DNA of 64,000 nt from Octopus vulgaris (taxonomy: Eukaryota), in assembly GCA_951406725.2 (NCBI GenBank), contig OX597839.1, positions 23,560,001-23,624,000 on the forward strand, in the 5' to 3' direction. The position numbers and the translations under genes were made by a program. Below, piece after piece: positions 27,727 to 40,649 of this stretch; position 1 is the stretch's first letter, and every line of letters starts with the position of its first letter. The notes beneath the pieces were generated by a model, which was not told the origin of the DNA, did no database searches, and was given only the letters and a program-made list of their open reading frames with translations.

Positions 27727-28036
27727 CATGTATATATGTGTGTGTGTGTGTATATACATATACACACACACATATATATATATATATATGCATATATCAA
27801 TGTGTTGTGTGTGTGTTTTTGTGTCTGTGCTTTCCCCCACCACTACTGCTTGACTACTGTTGTTGGTTTGTTTACGTCTCTGTAGCTTAGCAGTTCATCA
27901 AAAAGAAACGGATAAAATAAGTACTAAGCTTAAAAATTAAAAAAATGTGTCCCGGGATCGATTCTTTAAGGTGGTGCCCCAGCATGGACACAGTCTAACT
28001 GAAACAAGCAAAAGATCTGTGTGTGTGTGTGTGTGT

Positions 28037-28085
<49 letters not shown>

Positions 28086-28129
28086 TGTGTGTGTGTACTG
28101 AAGCATCTGACAATTCCCACATCAATACT

Positions 28130-28890
28130 CACAGTTTTCTCTCCAATGTCACTCTTCCAGGTGAACATTAAGTTAAACAAGTATTATTCGTTAGATTGTT
28201 TCTTGTTAGCCAACAGCAGTCGGGCAGGAGGCTGAGCTATGCACCAGGGCTTGCTGTTGGTACTAACAAGTAAATACCCCTGAATTGTTAGTGGTTTACT
28301 GCTCTTGTGTGAGGGAGGGAACTGAAATCAGTTAATGACATGTAGGAACTACACCACACTCGAATATAAAAATGTCCCAGTAGAAATCACGTTCTCTAAG
28401 AAAAAGGAGGAAAGGCCTTAGATTCTATGATCTTAATAGTTGCTTTAGGGTCTTTTAATTTTTCAGATAAGCACATTTAGCACCTTGTTATCCCATTGGT
28501 GTGTGCTGCTGTTCCGATGCTGAAAAATCCAAATTATGGTATCACTTTTTATTCTGCTGTCCTTATATTTCCAGATATATTGCAAACAAAGAAATAGAAT
28601 TCTCTCTAATCTATGTTATGAATGAGAGTATGTGTTGATTGCATCTGTACTTGAAGGTATTTGTGGTGAGAATTCGGTATTCTTCTTCCATACCATCTTA
28701 GGGTTTCATGCTTGTTCTATATACTACTTAGTGAGACAAGACTACCTAAGGGGCCAGTTTAAGGTCCACCTGAAGTTTCAAGCTTTCTGTTGGAGCACAG
28801 ATTAGTTGAATATGAACCATAGATTGGGAAGTGAATGAGATCTGTGAAGCAATACCGTCCAAACAGCCATAGTCTACTTTATATTATTGA
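28130..28890 (-). mobile_element. Penelope-like element 3' relic (GIY-YIG C-terminus)
   Basis: Minus-strand peptides QYIWKYKD..IIWIF and NGITRC*MCLSEKLK resemble PLE endonuclease tails; hammerhead-like remnant downstream at ~28130-28165. Confidence 0.55.
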
Positions 28891-29519
28891 TGTTTAAGAA
28901 CTTGTGGTGTATGTGTGGGACTGGATGAGGAATTCTTAGACAAGACTAATGAACAATTGATAGGTTGAAACAGATAAAAAGAGAAAGAGAGAGAGAGAGA
29001 GAGAGGCGGACATAGACTGGCAGAAAGACAGACAGTCAGATTGATAGATAGATCAATGGTGAGATAGACAGAGAAAGAGACTGAGAGACATATATAAGTA
29101 GATAAGCAGGTAGACAAATACATAGTTCAGTCGATAAACTTAGATAGACAGGCAGACAGACAGATAGACAGACAGACAAACACATAGGTTGGTAGATAGA
29201 CTAAGATAGATGGATAAATAGACAGATATATAGATTGACAGACAAATAATCAGATGGATAGACTGATTGATTGATTGGTTGATTAATTGATTGACTGACA
29301 GACAGATAACAATTAATGAAAATATCCAAAGCTTTACATCCAGGCTTTCCATCTATCAGCAAGCATTACTGTCTCTCCTTGTTTGCCATCAGTCATGTTA
29401 ATCATGTACATTATATGTAAATCACATCTGTCATAAAGAAACAAATTCATCCCTTATTAACTCAATCTGCAGAAAAATTAATGGCTCAACAGAGCCTAGA
29501 CTTGGGTAAATTAGAAATA

Positions 29520-30553
29520 TTCCAAAGACGTCTTGACACATGGCGCTTCTGCATTCCAGTAAAAGTTACCAAAAGAAGCGCTTCTTCACCTTAACCTCAC
29601 TCGCCTTTCAGCAACCAATCAGTGATTTGTTTTCACTAGTTCTTCTCTTAAATTCCATTTCTTATTACAAGAAAACAAAAAAAAAAAAAAAAGGACAAAG
29701 CAAAACCAAGTCGTTTGTCTTGCAGGGTTTTCGGAGATGTTGAAAAAATAAACATAACGAGGATATTTTAATTGATTTTTCTAATTACAAATGCAACGAT
29801 GTTAGTATTTCACCTCGTGGCAAACGCACCGTTATCTTGAAGAGTTATTAAATCTGTTGAAAATTTAATAGAACGAAAATATTGATTGAAACCAATTCGA
29901 GAAAACTTATAGTCTCATTGTCAGGATTGGGGGGGAAATGTTTTGGCTTTTTGTAGATTTTTATCTTTTTGACTCCAAAAGTTAAATTTGTTTGTTTTTG
30001 TTTTGCTTTTTCTTTTACTTTTTATTTTTGGTATTTTTTTGATCTATAACAATCACAAGGTTATTGTGGTGGTGGTGGTGGTGGTGGAGTCGGGGGCACC
30101 GGTGGTCGGTGGTGGTGATGCTGCTGTTTGTGGTGGTAGTGGTGGTGGCAGTAGTAGCTGTGGTGGTGGTGGTGGTGGCTGTGGTGGTGGCAGTGGTGGT
30201 GGTGGTGGTATTTGTGGAGGTAGTGATGGTGGCTGTGGTGGTGACAGTGGTGGTGGTGGTGGTGGTGGTGGTGGTGGTGGCTGTGGTGGTGGCAGTGGTG
30301 GTGGTGGCATTTGTGGAGGTAGTGATGGTGGCTGTGGTGGTGGCAGTGGTGGTGGTGGTGGTGGTGATGGTGGTGGTGAATGTGCTGGTGGTGGTGGTGG
30401 TGGCGATGGTGGCGGCAGCGATGGTAGCAGTGGACGGACATTAGAAACAGCAAATATTGGTCCTTTTAATGAGGTTCCTTCGTTATAATCAAGAGCTGTG
30501 GGTACCGTTATCGTATCTGCATCTCTCTCTTCTGTTTACTTAAGATGGTAAGT
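29520..30553 (+). promoter_or_regulatory. Candidate promoter, 5' UTR and exon ending at a start codon (ATG|GTAAGT)
   Basis: TE-free unique region; AAGACGTCTT palindrome at 29525, YY1-like CATGGCG at ~29539, CCAATCA at 29615; AAGATG|GTAAGT at 30542-30553. Confidence 0.35.
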
Positions 30554-30932
30554 TTTTTTTTTGCTTTTGTTATCAATTAACAATCACCATAGTTACTGTC
30601 ATCGTTGTCATTGTCTCCATCATGAGAGATGGACACACAGACAGACACAGGACATTATCTTCTTTGTCATCATCATCATCATCATCATCATAATCATCAA
30701 TGTCCTCATCATCAAGAAGAACTTTTAGCCAAATGAATCAACCCCTGGACCCATTTCTTTTTCAGACTGATTCTTATTCTATCAATCTTATCCCAAAATT
30801 ATGGGGATGTAAACACACCAACACCCGTTGTCAAGAACTGATGGGGCACAAACAGACACAAAGACACACACATACGCATGCACACACACACACATATATA
30901 TATATGTGTGTGTGTGTGTGTGTATGTATATG

Positions 30933-30963
<31 letters not shown>

Positions 30964-31263
30964 ATATATATATATATAATTATATATATGCATATGTATA
31001 CATATATTATTTAAGTCTATGGACTATATTTGAAATACAGGACAATATAATGGATTTTATACATAATTATTATGGATTACTACAGAAGAATTACCAAGGA
31101 GGCATATATGAATTTCAAGATTCTCATACTAAAGTGTACTTACCAAAATCAAAAGCAGTAATTCTTAATTTTTAATTTATATTTCAAACAAACACCATTT
31201 TCCCATATTACTTCATATTTTTAAAAAACTACTATTCTATAAATTATACAAAATTCAAATTTT

Positions 31264-31356
31264 ATATCTCTGAAGAGCAGAAGTGTAGTCTATAAATGCT
31301 TATCAATATAGGATTCCATTATAGGGACACCACTTCTGCAAAACAATCGTAAGCTG
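31264..31356 (+). ncRNA. Type I hammerhead ribozyme relic with one core substitution
   Basis: CTGAAGA 31270-31276; stem II GCAGAAGTG/CACTTCTGC; AAAAC in place of GAAAC; AATC-GTA. Confidence 0.65.
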
Positions 31357-31399
31357 CTTTAAAAACTTAATTCGAAACTATTAAAATGTCATTATTATA

Positions 31400-31680
31400 T
31401 CATCATCATCATCATTTAACGTCCGTTTTCCCTGCTACCATGGGTTGGATGGTTCAACTGGGGTCTGGGGAGCCAGTAGGCTGTGCCAGGTCCAGTCTGA
31501 TCTGGCAGTGTTTCTACAGCTGGATGCCCTTCCTAGCGCCAACCACTTCGTGAGTGTAGTGGGTGCTTTTACGTGCCACCTGCACAGGTGCCAGACGAGG
31601 CTGGCAAACAGCCATGATCGGATGGTGCTTTTTACGTGCCACTGGCACGAGGGCCAGACGAGGCCAGACGGGGGCCAGAT
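31400..31680 (-). mobile_element. RTE-type LINE 3' end
   Basis: Same 3' UTR sequence. Confidence 0.85.
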
Positions 31681-31684
31681 GAGC

Positions 31685-32065
31685 CAGAAAACTGCCTGCA
31701 ACCATTTGCATGTGATTTGAAAATCAAAAAAGCTTGACAAATGGGTACCACACAATCTGAATGAAAATCAGAAAATGTGTGGATATGAAATTTGCTTGTC
31801 ACTTCTCCATAACCAGACTGATCCATTTCTTGACCACATTGCAACTTATGAGGAAAAGTGGATTCTGTTGAATAATAGAAAATGTTCTTCGCAGTGGTTG
31901 GACCAAACTGAAGCACTGAAAAACCTTCCCTCAACCTGGGCACTTCAAAAAGAAGGTTATGGTGACTGTTTGGTGGTGTACTGCTGTACTCATCCACTAC
32001 AACTTCTTAAAACCCAGCAAACCCATTATTGCAGAAACATATTGCAATGAAATTACCAAAATGAA
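31685..32065 (+). pseudogene. mariner (DD34D) transposase fragment
   Basis: EICLSLLHNQTDPFLDHIATYEEKWILLNNRK..QWLD; KKVMVTVWW..IHYNFLKP..IIAETYC. Confidence 0.82.
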
Positions 32066-32149
32066 TTGGTTGGCTGGTTGGTAGGTAGGTAGGTAGGTAG
32101 GTAGGTAGGTAGGTTGGTATGTAGAGAGCCAATCAGACTGATGGATAGA

Positions 32150-32185
<36 letters not shown>

Positions 32186-32544
32186 TAGATAGATAGATGT
32201 AGGTAGGTAGGTAGGTAGGTAGGTAGGTAGAGAGAGAGACAGAGAGAGAGAGAGACAGAGAGAGAGAGAGAGAAATTGATAGATATGTAAATAGACAGAC
32301 ATAATAGATAGATAGATAGATAGAGATAGATAGACGGATAGACACATAGTGAGACAGAGAGAGAGAGTTAAGTAGGTAGACAGATAGAAAGAGAGAGGAA
32401 GATAGACTGATAGATAGATAGATAGAGAGACAGTTTGGTAGGTAGGTAGATAGAGAGAGACAGACAGACAAACAGACAGACTAATAGAGAGATAGCTAGA
32501 TATATAGATAGATAGATAGAGAGAGAGATAGATAGATAGATTGG

Positions 32545-32580
<36 letters not shown>

Positions 32581-32943
32581 CAGATCGATAGACAGGTGAG
32601 ATTGGTAATAGCAAGTAGGCAGGTAAGAAGGTTGGTAGATAAGTTACTAAGTATGAAGTGTATTTGATCAAATATTCCGAAAAAGCAGGGATCTGTCATT
32701 GAAAGACATAAAACTCGACTTGTTTCAATAAAATTGCTGTTAAATCAAAAAAACAAACTTCATGCGCTTTATTTCCCATCTGCCAACTCTACAATTAATT
32801 CTTCAGTTTAGCTTCAGCTTCTTAAAACAGTTCGCATTCCCCACCATCACTGCCATCCACCAATACGTTAGCATGGAGGACATGAAGAAGATCTGTGTGC
32901 AGATGTGTATCAGTAGATGTGTGTGTGTATGTATGTGTATGTG

Positions 32944-32990
<47 letters not shown>

Positions 32991-33006
32991 GTGTATGTGT
33001 GTGTGC

Positions 33007-33083
<77 letters not shown>

Positions 33084-33115
33084 TATATGTGTATATATAT
33101 ATATGTATATATATG

Positions 33116-33170
<55 letters not shown>

Positions 33171-33286
33171 TACATATGTATATATATATATATATCTGTG
33201 TATGTGTTTATGCATGCATATACCTGTTTGTGTATATGTGCACATGATGTGATGTATATACTTGTGTGTGCATCAGTGTTTGTGTA

Positions 33287-33319
<33 letters not shown>

Positions 33320-33320
33320 A
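32065..33320. repeat. (GGTA)/(GATA)/(GA) and (TA)/(TG) microsatellite blocks with a short unique spacer
   Basis: Direct inspection. Confidence 0.9.
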
Positions 33321-33690
33321 TATGGTATCTGCAAAACAGCGCATTTATTTTTTTACATGTGTTCTTTCTTATTTTGCCTTCTCTTGGATTATGGCAGGAA
33401 AAAAACGAAATGGTGTAGAACGAACAAACATCACTGACAGTTGAAACAACCACTACAAATGTATAGAGTTAAGCAACTGGATGTATATGTGTGCCTGTAT
33501 ATATATGTTCACACACATATATACACAATGGCAGTCTGATGTGTTGTCTCACACAATCTCACATACATAGACATACACACATGCACACATGTACACACAG
33601 TCATGTGCACACACACACACATTCTCAAATTATCTTTTTGTCTTTCTCTTGTTTCAGTGACTGAAATATATATATATATATATATATATA

Positions 33691-36600
33691 TGAAAGAAGG
33701 TTTGTAGTAGTGTCATCTGTGGTGGAAGCATTGAAAAGAGGTTTATATGATTCTTTGCTAATGCACCGATTATAGGTTGTATTGTCCTTAAATTTATTGA
33801 GGGATAAAATTCTAAAGTTGGGTAGTTCATTAGTGGCACAAATGTTGATGTGTTCTTTTAATGCTATTTTTCTGTGTTCTTGCATTTTAATCTGGGGTCT
33901 ATGTACAATCATCCTCTGGCAAAGACTGTTTTTGGTTTGGCCTATGTATTGCTCTCAACACCCTGAGCAAGTTAACATGATCCCTCAATTAGGTTGATGC
34001 ATATACCGCAGGTAGGACTTTTGCATTTTTTAAATGTCGGTTTTGATGTTGTTGAGTGTACTTTGGTTTCTGTTAGAATACTATTCATTGACTTGGGTTG
34101 TCTTTTGCTCTTTATGATGGTGTGCATTTGGAGGATTTGATTCATTCTATGGTCCCTTTTTAGTAAAGGAATGTTCTGGTGAATGGTGTTGAAGGCTTCA
34201 TTGTTTAGTGGGTTGTGTGTGGATATGTATGGTAGGGCTTTTGGTTATAAATCCTTCTTTAGTTTCGGATGTCTGAGTTCATGAATGTTGAGTTGTAGCA
34301 CATGTTGAAAACCTATTTCAGTTAGTGATGGCAGGTAATTCCTGTTGATGAGTGTATCCTTTAGCTCATGTAGCCATGTGTCCCTGTTGCTTGTATCAGA
34401 TACTATAGTGCAAATCCTTTTTTGCCTGGTTGAAAGGGATATTCGTTGTAGTGTGTCTGGAATAGCAAGAGTTGAATAGCAGATATTGCTTGGGGTGTGT
34501 GGCTTATAGTAGATGTCTATTTCTGTTGGATTTCTTAATGAAGATGTCAAGGAAAGGAAATTGTTGATGGCTATATTCCATTGTGAATTGAATGTTAATG
34601 TCAAGCCCATTTAGAAGTGCTTGAAATTCTTTAAGTCTCTCTATACTTCCATGCCAAAGAATGTCATCTAGATGTCTCTTCCAATTATTTTCTATGTAAA
34701 GGAAGAATGGGTTTCTATATTTTTCTAGTACCTTACAATAAAGTGTGATTTACCTTATGATAAAGTGTGATTTACCTTACGATAAAGTGTGTACCCCACG
34801 ACTAGGTTAGCAAAGGAGGGGGCCATTCTCATACCCATCGCAGTCCCTGATTTTTATCGATAGAAGTTGTCATTGAATATGAAGAAGTTGTTCTTCAAGA
34901 TGAATTTTAGCCATTCTATTACAAATTATTTTTTGATGTGGTGTGAGAGTTCATTGGAGTAATTCTCTAGTTCTCTGGCCAGAATTGGATTGCCTCTATT
35001 CCTAGGTTGTGGGGGATATTAGAATAGAGTATGACTACATCAAAGAAAACTAGTAGGGTTTTTTTTATTAATTGTTACAGGGAGGTGACTGAGCATATGT
35101 AGGTCATCCCTTATGTAGCCTTTGCTATTTAATGAGGGTATCTAAAAAGTTGCTGAGGTGGTGAGTTTTGCATGTGGGACCTGCTGTTATAGATCTTAAT
35201 TTGAGGTCATTAGGTGGAGGTACCGTGACTATTATGTCTGTGGCTCCCTTGCAGGCATTACTTTTTTTTTCCCTTTTGTGTATCTTAGGAATACCATAAA
35301 ATTGACTGGATTTACCATTGAAGTTAGTCATATAGTCGTATTCCTTGTCGGTGAGCCCTACTTTGTATAGGTTTATCAGAGTTTTTAGGCCTCTCATTAT
35401 TTTCTGCTGACTAGTGTTGTACCTTTTCATAAAATGGTGTGTCTTCTAATATTGATAAAACTAGAGTTATATAGTATACTGTGTCCATTAAGACATCTGT
35501 ACTCCCTTTATCAGCCTCTTTGATTGTTATTGTTTTATCATCCTTTAATCTGTTCAGCTCTGCCCATTCTTTCTTGCTGAAGTTTGGTTTGTATTTTTGT
35601 CTGCATATATGTTGATATGGGTAATTCGTGATGTGTTCACAGAAATGGTCAGGAATTTTGTTCTTACCTTTTGATGGAATGTAGCTACTTCTATTTCTGG
35701 CTGATGATTCATCCTCGTATTTGTCATATAGTTCCTCGGTGAGTTGTAATTTTCTACAGAATTCCACGTTTTCTTTCATTTCATTGTAGTTGGGACGTTG
35801 CGGGGAGGGATGTAAATTTGAGCCCTTTTGGAGAGTCTGTTGATTTGGTCTGGTGTTAGTTGCTTGTGGGTTAGATTGATGACTTTTATCACTTAGTTTC
35901 TCCTGTGTGTCTGGTGCTATCTCGTATCCCTGTGTTTGCGTACTAGATCTAAAAAATGATTGAGATGGTAGCTGTTATCTGGTTGCCTCCTGTTGTTGCA
36001 TAGCAACCTGTTGTCATGGTGCGGGTTCTTGCTTGGGGAGTGAAAAGTGTGTCCCTATATTCCATGTTCGGATGTGGTGCTTTAGAGGGCCATCATCGGT
36101 AATTATTTTGTGTGGTTTGGTTTTGTGCATGGTTGTTAAGGGAGTTGTAGGCACAAAAATTATGTTGGTATCTCGTTATGGTGGGGTGGGGGGGGAAGTT
36201 GTAATGTTTACCTTGTGGTTCGTGATTTTTTATTTGTTTGTCATCAGGGTACCCCTGTTGTTGTTTTGATGGTGGGTTATGAATTTAGGGCTAGGTCTTG
36301 TATTCTTTTTTTGGTAGGGGACACGGTTCTGTTACATGGATGCGAACCAGTGTTTGAGTGTTGTTTTGATTTTTCTTATTTTAGGGAAAGGGTTCATGGA
36401 AGCATATTCTGTTTCAAAGACAGATCCATACTTTAAAAAAACCAAGTGGTGCTTTTTTCCCAACATTGAAGGGATTTCAGTTCTTCTTTGTCACAATAAT
36501 CGTTCCATAGTTTTGAGATCTTCTCTAGGTTGAGGCCTTGACCAATTTTGTTAATTTCTTGGTTGAGCTCTTCATCAGGAATCCTGACGATGGATTTTAC

Positions 36601-36740
36601 TTTATCTTCATTCGTCTGAGCCCTCAGTTTTAGAAGTTCTATTTCCATCTTCATTTTTTCCAATGCCATTCTTTCCCTGAGGCACCTTTGTGCCTCGGGT
36701 TCATATATAATGGCTTTGCTCTGGTGTTTGCGGGGGAAAA
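33691..36740 (-). mobile_element. Degenerate Penelope-like retroelement (RT plus GIY-YIG), most like Neptune-type
   Basis: IKEADKGS, FYGIPKIHK, GTAMGMRMAPSFANL, WKRHLDD, DIYYKP, LTCSGC*EQYIGQT..QRMIVHR; many stops and frameshifts; TA-rich tracts at both ends. Confidence 0.9.
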
Positions 36741-36884
36741 TTATATACATCTATATATACGTACACACACATATATATATATACATGTATATACATACCC
36801 ACACACATATATACGCACACATACACATATGCGCATATATATATATATGCATGTGTGTATAGGTATGTGTATATATGCATATGA

Positions 36885-36919
<35 letters not shown>

Positions 36920-37495
36920 GTGTGTGTATATATACACAATGGGCTTCTTTCAGTTTCTATCAACTAAATCTACTCACAAGCTTTTTAGTTGGCCCAGAAT
37001 CAATAGTAGAAGAAATCTGCCCAAGGTGCCATGCAATGGGACTGAACCTGGAACCACATGATTGTAAAGCAAATTTCTTACCACACAGTCACCCCTGCAC
37101 ACACACACACACACACACACAGACACACACACAATCCCCTTATTCATTATACATACATTGTTGTCAGTAATGAAGTACTGTTCTTCAATGTAATAATACA
37201 GAGTAGTGTGTGTATATATATTTGAGTGTATATATGTGTGCGTATGTGTGTGTGCATGTGTGTGTATGGATGTATATGTGTGTGTGTATGTATATGCATC
37301 TATTTGTGTGTGCATGTGTGTGAATGTATTCATGTATATGAGTGTATGTATGTATGTATGTATATATATGCATGTGTGTATGGGTGTACATGTGTGTATA
37401 TATGTGTGTGTGTGTATATGGTGTGTGTATATATGTGTGTGTGTATATATGGTGTATGTATATATGTGTGTGTGTATATATGTGTGTGTGTGTAT

Positions 37496-37533
<38 letters not shown>

Positions 37534-37689
37534 TATATATTGAAGGAAATAAGATGATGTTACATTCAAATTTTATTGATTAAATTGATTATTGTGACAT
37601 TTTGTGGGTGAAAAGTGGAATACAATTTCAGTAAAATATATCACAATGTGACTGCTCCTCTTCCTTCTCTTCCTCCATGTACCATCACC

Positions 37690-38310
37690 ATGTACCTCCT
37701 TCTTCGTTATCATCATCATCATCATCATCGCCATCGTCATCATCATCACCATCATCACCATCACTATCACCGTTGTCGTCATCATCAGCGTCATCAGTAT
37801 CATCATCACCATCATCCTCATCATCATCGTATCATCATCACCATCATCCTCATCATCATCGTAATCGTCACCATCATCTTTATCGTCATCGTTAACAATA
37901 TCATTAGAGAGAATGTTATTAGTATTATTAATAAGAAATAATATGATAATCAAAATAAGAAACAACAACATCATCAGTGATAATGATAATGACAGTACTG
38001 ACGATAGTAATAATTTGTGATGATGATGATGGTGGTGATGATGTGGAGGAGGAGGAGGAAGAGGAGGTGGTGGAGGAGGAGGAGGAGGAGAAGAAGAAGA
38101 AGAAGACGAAGACGACGAGAAGAAGAAGAAGAAGAAGAAGAAGAAGAAGAAGAAGAAGAAGAAGAAGAAGAAGAAGAAGAAGAAGAAGAAGAAAAGAAGA
38201 AGAAGAAGAAGAAGAAGAAGAAGAAGAAGAAGAAGAAGAAGAAGAAGAACAACAACAACAACAACAACAAGAAGAAGAAGAACAACAACAATAATAATAA
38301 TAATAATAAT
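37690..38310. repeat. (CAT)n, (GAG)n, (GAA)n, (CAA)n and (TAA)n tracts
   Basis: Direct inspection. Confidence 0.95.
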
Positions 38311-38611
38311 TTTTTTTGATGTTTGGGGGAGGTAGGGCACAATAGCTAAGGCCTTAACTTAATTAAAGGGTTTCTGAATCCCCAAGTTGTAAATTAGAAA
38401 TAATTTCCATTTGTTTCCCACATTCACAACCGCATCAAAACAAGGGAATTGGGGTGGGTGGGTGGGTGGGGAAGACAAATAGGAGTACATTGGTTAAACG
38501 CTAAACCCCACCCCTTAAATTAAATTTGAATAAAAAGAGAGAAGGGGGATACTATTGGGGTTTAAACGTGTTTAGTGATTGGAGCCTGTTGAAGATATAT
38601 ATGCACATATA

Positions 38612-38655
<44 letters not shown>

Positions 38656-38716
38656 TGTGTGTGTGTATATATATATATATATGCACATATATGTGTGTGT
38701 ATATATATATATATAA

Positions 38717-38948
38717 AGGCAGCGAGCTGGCAGAACCGTTAGCACACCGGGCAAAATGCGTAGCCGTATTTCGTCTGCCGTTACATTCTGAGTTCAAATT
38801 CTGCCAAGGTCGACTTTGCCTTTCATCCTTTCGGGGTCAATAAATTAAGTACCAGTTGCGCACTGGGGTCGATATAATCGACTTAATCCGTTTATCTGTC
38901 CTTGTTTGTCCCCTTTGTGTTTGGCCCCTTGTGGGTAGTAAAGAAATA
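38717..38948 (+). mobile_element. SINE family C
   Basis: AGGCAGCGAGCTGGCAGAACCGTTAGC...GAGTTCAAATTC...GTCGACTTTGCCTTTCATCCTTTCGGGGTC. Confidence 0.9.
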
Positions 38949-39368
38949 TATATATATACCCACACACAAGCATGGCTGTGTAGTAAGAAGCTTGCTTTCC
39001 AACTACATGATTCCAGGTTCAGTCCCACTGTGTGGCACCTTGGGCAAGTGTCTTCTACTACAGCCTCGGGCTGACCATGGCCTTGGGAGTGGATTTGCTC
39101 AACTAAAGGCAGTGCTCCAGAATGACAACAATCAAAAATAATTGAAGCAAATAAAAGAGTAAAAGAATAAATGAATATATATTCTTTTATTCTTTTACTT
39201 GTTTTCAGTCATTTCACAGTGGTCATGCTGGAGCACCGCCTCAAAGAATCTCAGCTAAACAAATCAACCCCAGGACTTATTACTTGTAAACCTAATACTT
39301 ATTATATCAGACTATTTTGCTGAACCACTAAGTTACAGGGACATAAACAAACCAACATCAGTTGTCAA

Positions 39369-39490
<122 letters not shown>

Positions 39491-39566
39491 GGCGGTGCCC
39501 CAGCATGGCCACAGCTCATGAGCTGAAACTAGAAAAAGAAAAAAAAAGAAAAAAATATATATATAT

Positions 39567-39994
39567 AACGTAAAGTATACTAGCCATCTTAATATGGCTA
39601 ACCACTAGTGGTGGGGTGGGTTACTGTAGCTTTTTAGCCCCAGGAGATCATCGTCTCCAGCTGGCTTTAGACAGAATCCTGTGCCCTTTAATGACATTCG
39701 CAAAGGGAGGTCATCCCCTCTCGAAAACCTAATTGATACGCATGGACTGCAGTTTCGAGATTATTGTCTCTTGTCAACACATGCTAATCACGGGTTTTTG
39801 ATAAGAGAGACCTGTTTGCGAATATCTATTTAATATTTTTCCAGTAACCACTGTCACTGATTTCGAAAAACGGTCTGAAAGCAATAATAAAAATCTCTGA
39901 GCGAGATGTAAACTGTAAGCGCTCGACAACGTAAAGTATACTTTACGTTGTCGAGCGCTTACTGTTTACATCTCGCTCAGAGATGTATTATTGC
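39567..39994 (-). mobile_element. Hammerhead-containing fold-back element (retrozyme/PLE pLTR-like)
   Basis: 14-bp direct repeat AACGTAAAGTATAC at 39567 and 39928; terminal palindrome 39881-39994; hammerhead relic 39740-39784; (TA)n flanks. Confidence 0.7.
39740..39784 (-). ncRNA. Minimal type I hammerhead relic
   Basis: Minus strand GCATG-TG-TTGACAA-GAGA caataa TCTC-GAAAC-TGCA-GTC-CATGC; two changes in CUGAnGA. Confidence 0.65.
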
Positions 39995-39996
39995 TG

Positions 39997-40031
<35 letters not shown>

Positions 40032-40051
40032 CATACATACATATTTATATG

Positions 40052-40083
<32 letters not shown>

Positions 40084-40086
40084 CAT

Positions 40087-40592
40087 ATCATCATCATCAT
40101 CATCATCGTTTAACGTCCGTTCTCCATGCTAGCATGGGTTGGACGGTTGACCGGGATCTGGGAAGCCAGAAGGCTGCACCAGGCTCCAGTCTTATCTGGC
40201 AATGTTTCTACAGCTGGATGCCCTTCCTAACGCCAACCACTCCGTGAGTGTAGTGGGTGCTTTTTTACGTGCCACCTGCACAGGTGCCAGGCGAGGCTGG
40301 CAACGGCCACGGTCGGATTGGTATATTTTACGTGCCACCGGCACGGAGGCCAGTCGAGGCGGCGCTGGCATCGGCCACGAGTCGGATAGTGCTTTTTACG
40401 TACCACCAGTCCAGGGGTCCTGGCATCTGCCGGGTGCCAGTCATAGGATTGGTTCAATTTTGATTTCGATTTCACTTGCCCCAACATGTCTTCGCAAGCA
40501 AAGGGGGTTGGCATGGGTGCCTGTCGTCGGATGAGGTTCTATATCGGCTTCGCTTGCCTCAACAGGTCTTTGTGTCCAAGGGAGGAAAGGCA
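40087..40592 (-). mobile_element. RTE-type LINE 3' end (second subfamily)
   Basis: Same tail with more GC-rich internal repeats; close to 52480-52838. Confidence 0.85.
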
Positions 40593-40595
40593 TAC

Positions 40596-40636
<41 letters not shown>

Positions 40637-40649
40637 GGTAAAGAGTAAA

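Noticed and set aside
29988-30488. Gly/Cys-rich ORF resembling a secreted structural protein
   Set aside because: Non-ATG start in a T-rich tract and a (GGT)n body; cannot be distinguished from a microsatellite read-through
33950-33975. In-frame TGA next to CxxC in the PLE endonuclease (selenocysteine?)
   Set aside because: The element has many other stops and frameshifts, the TGA is not at a Cys position and no SECIS was seen
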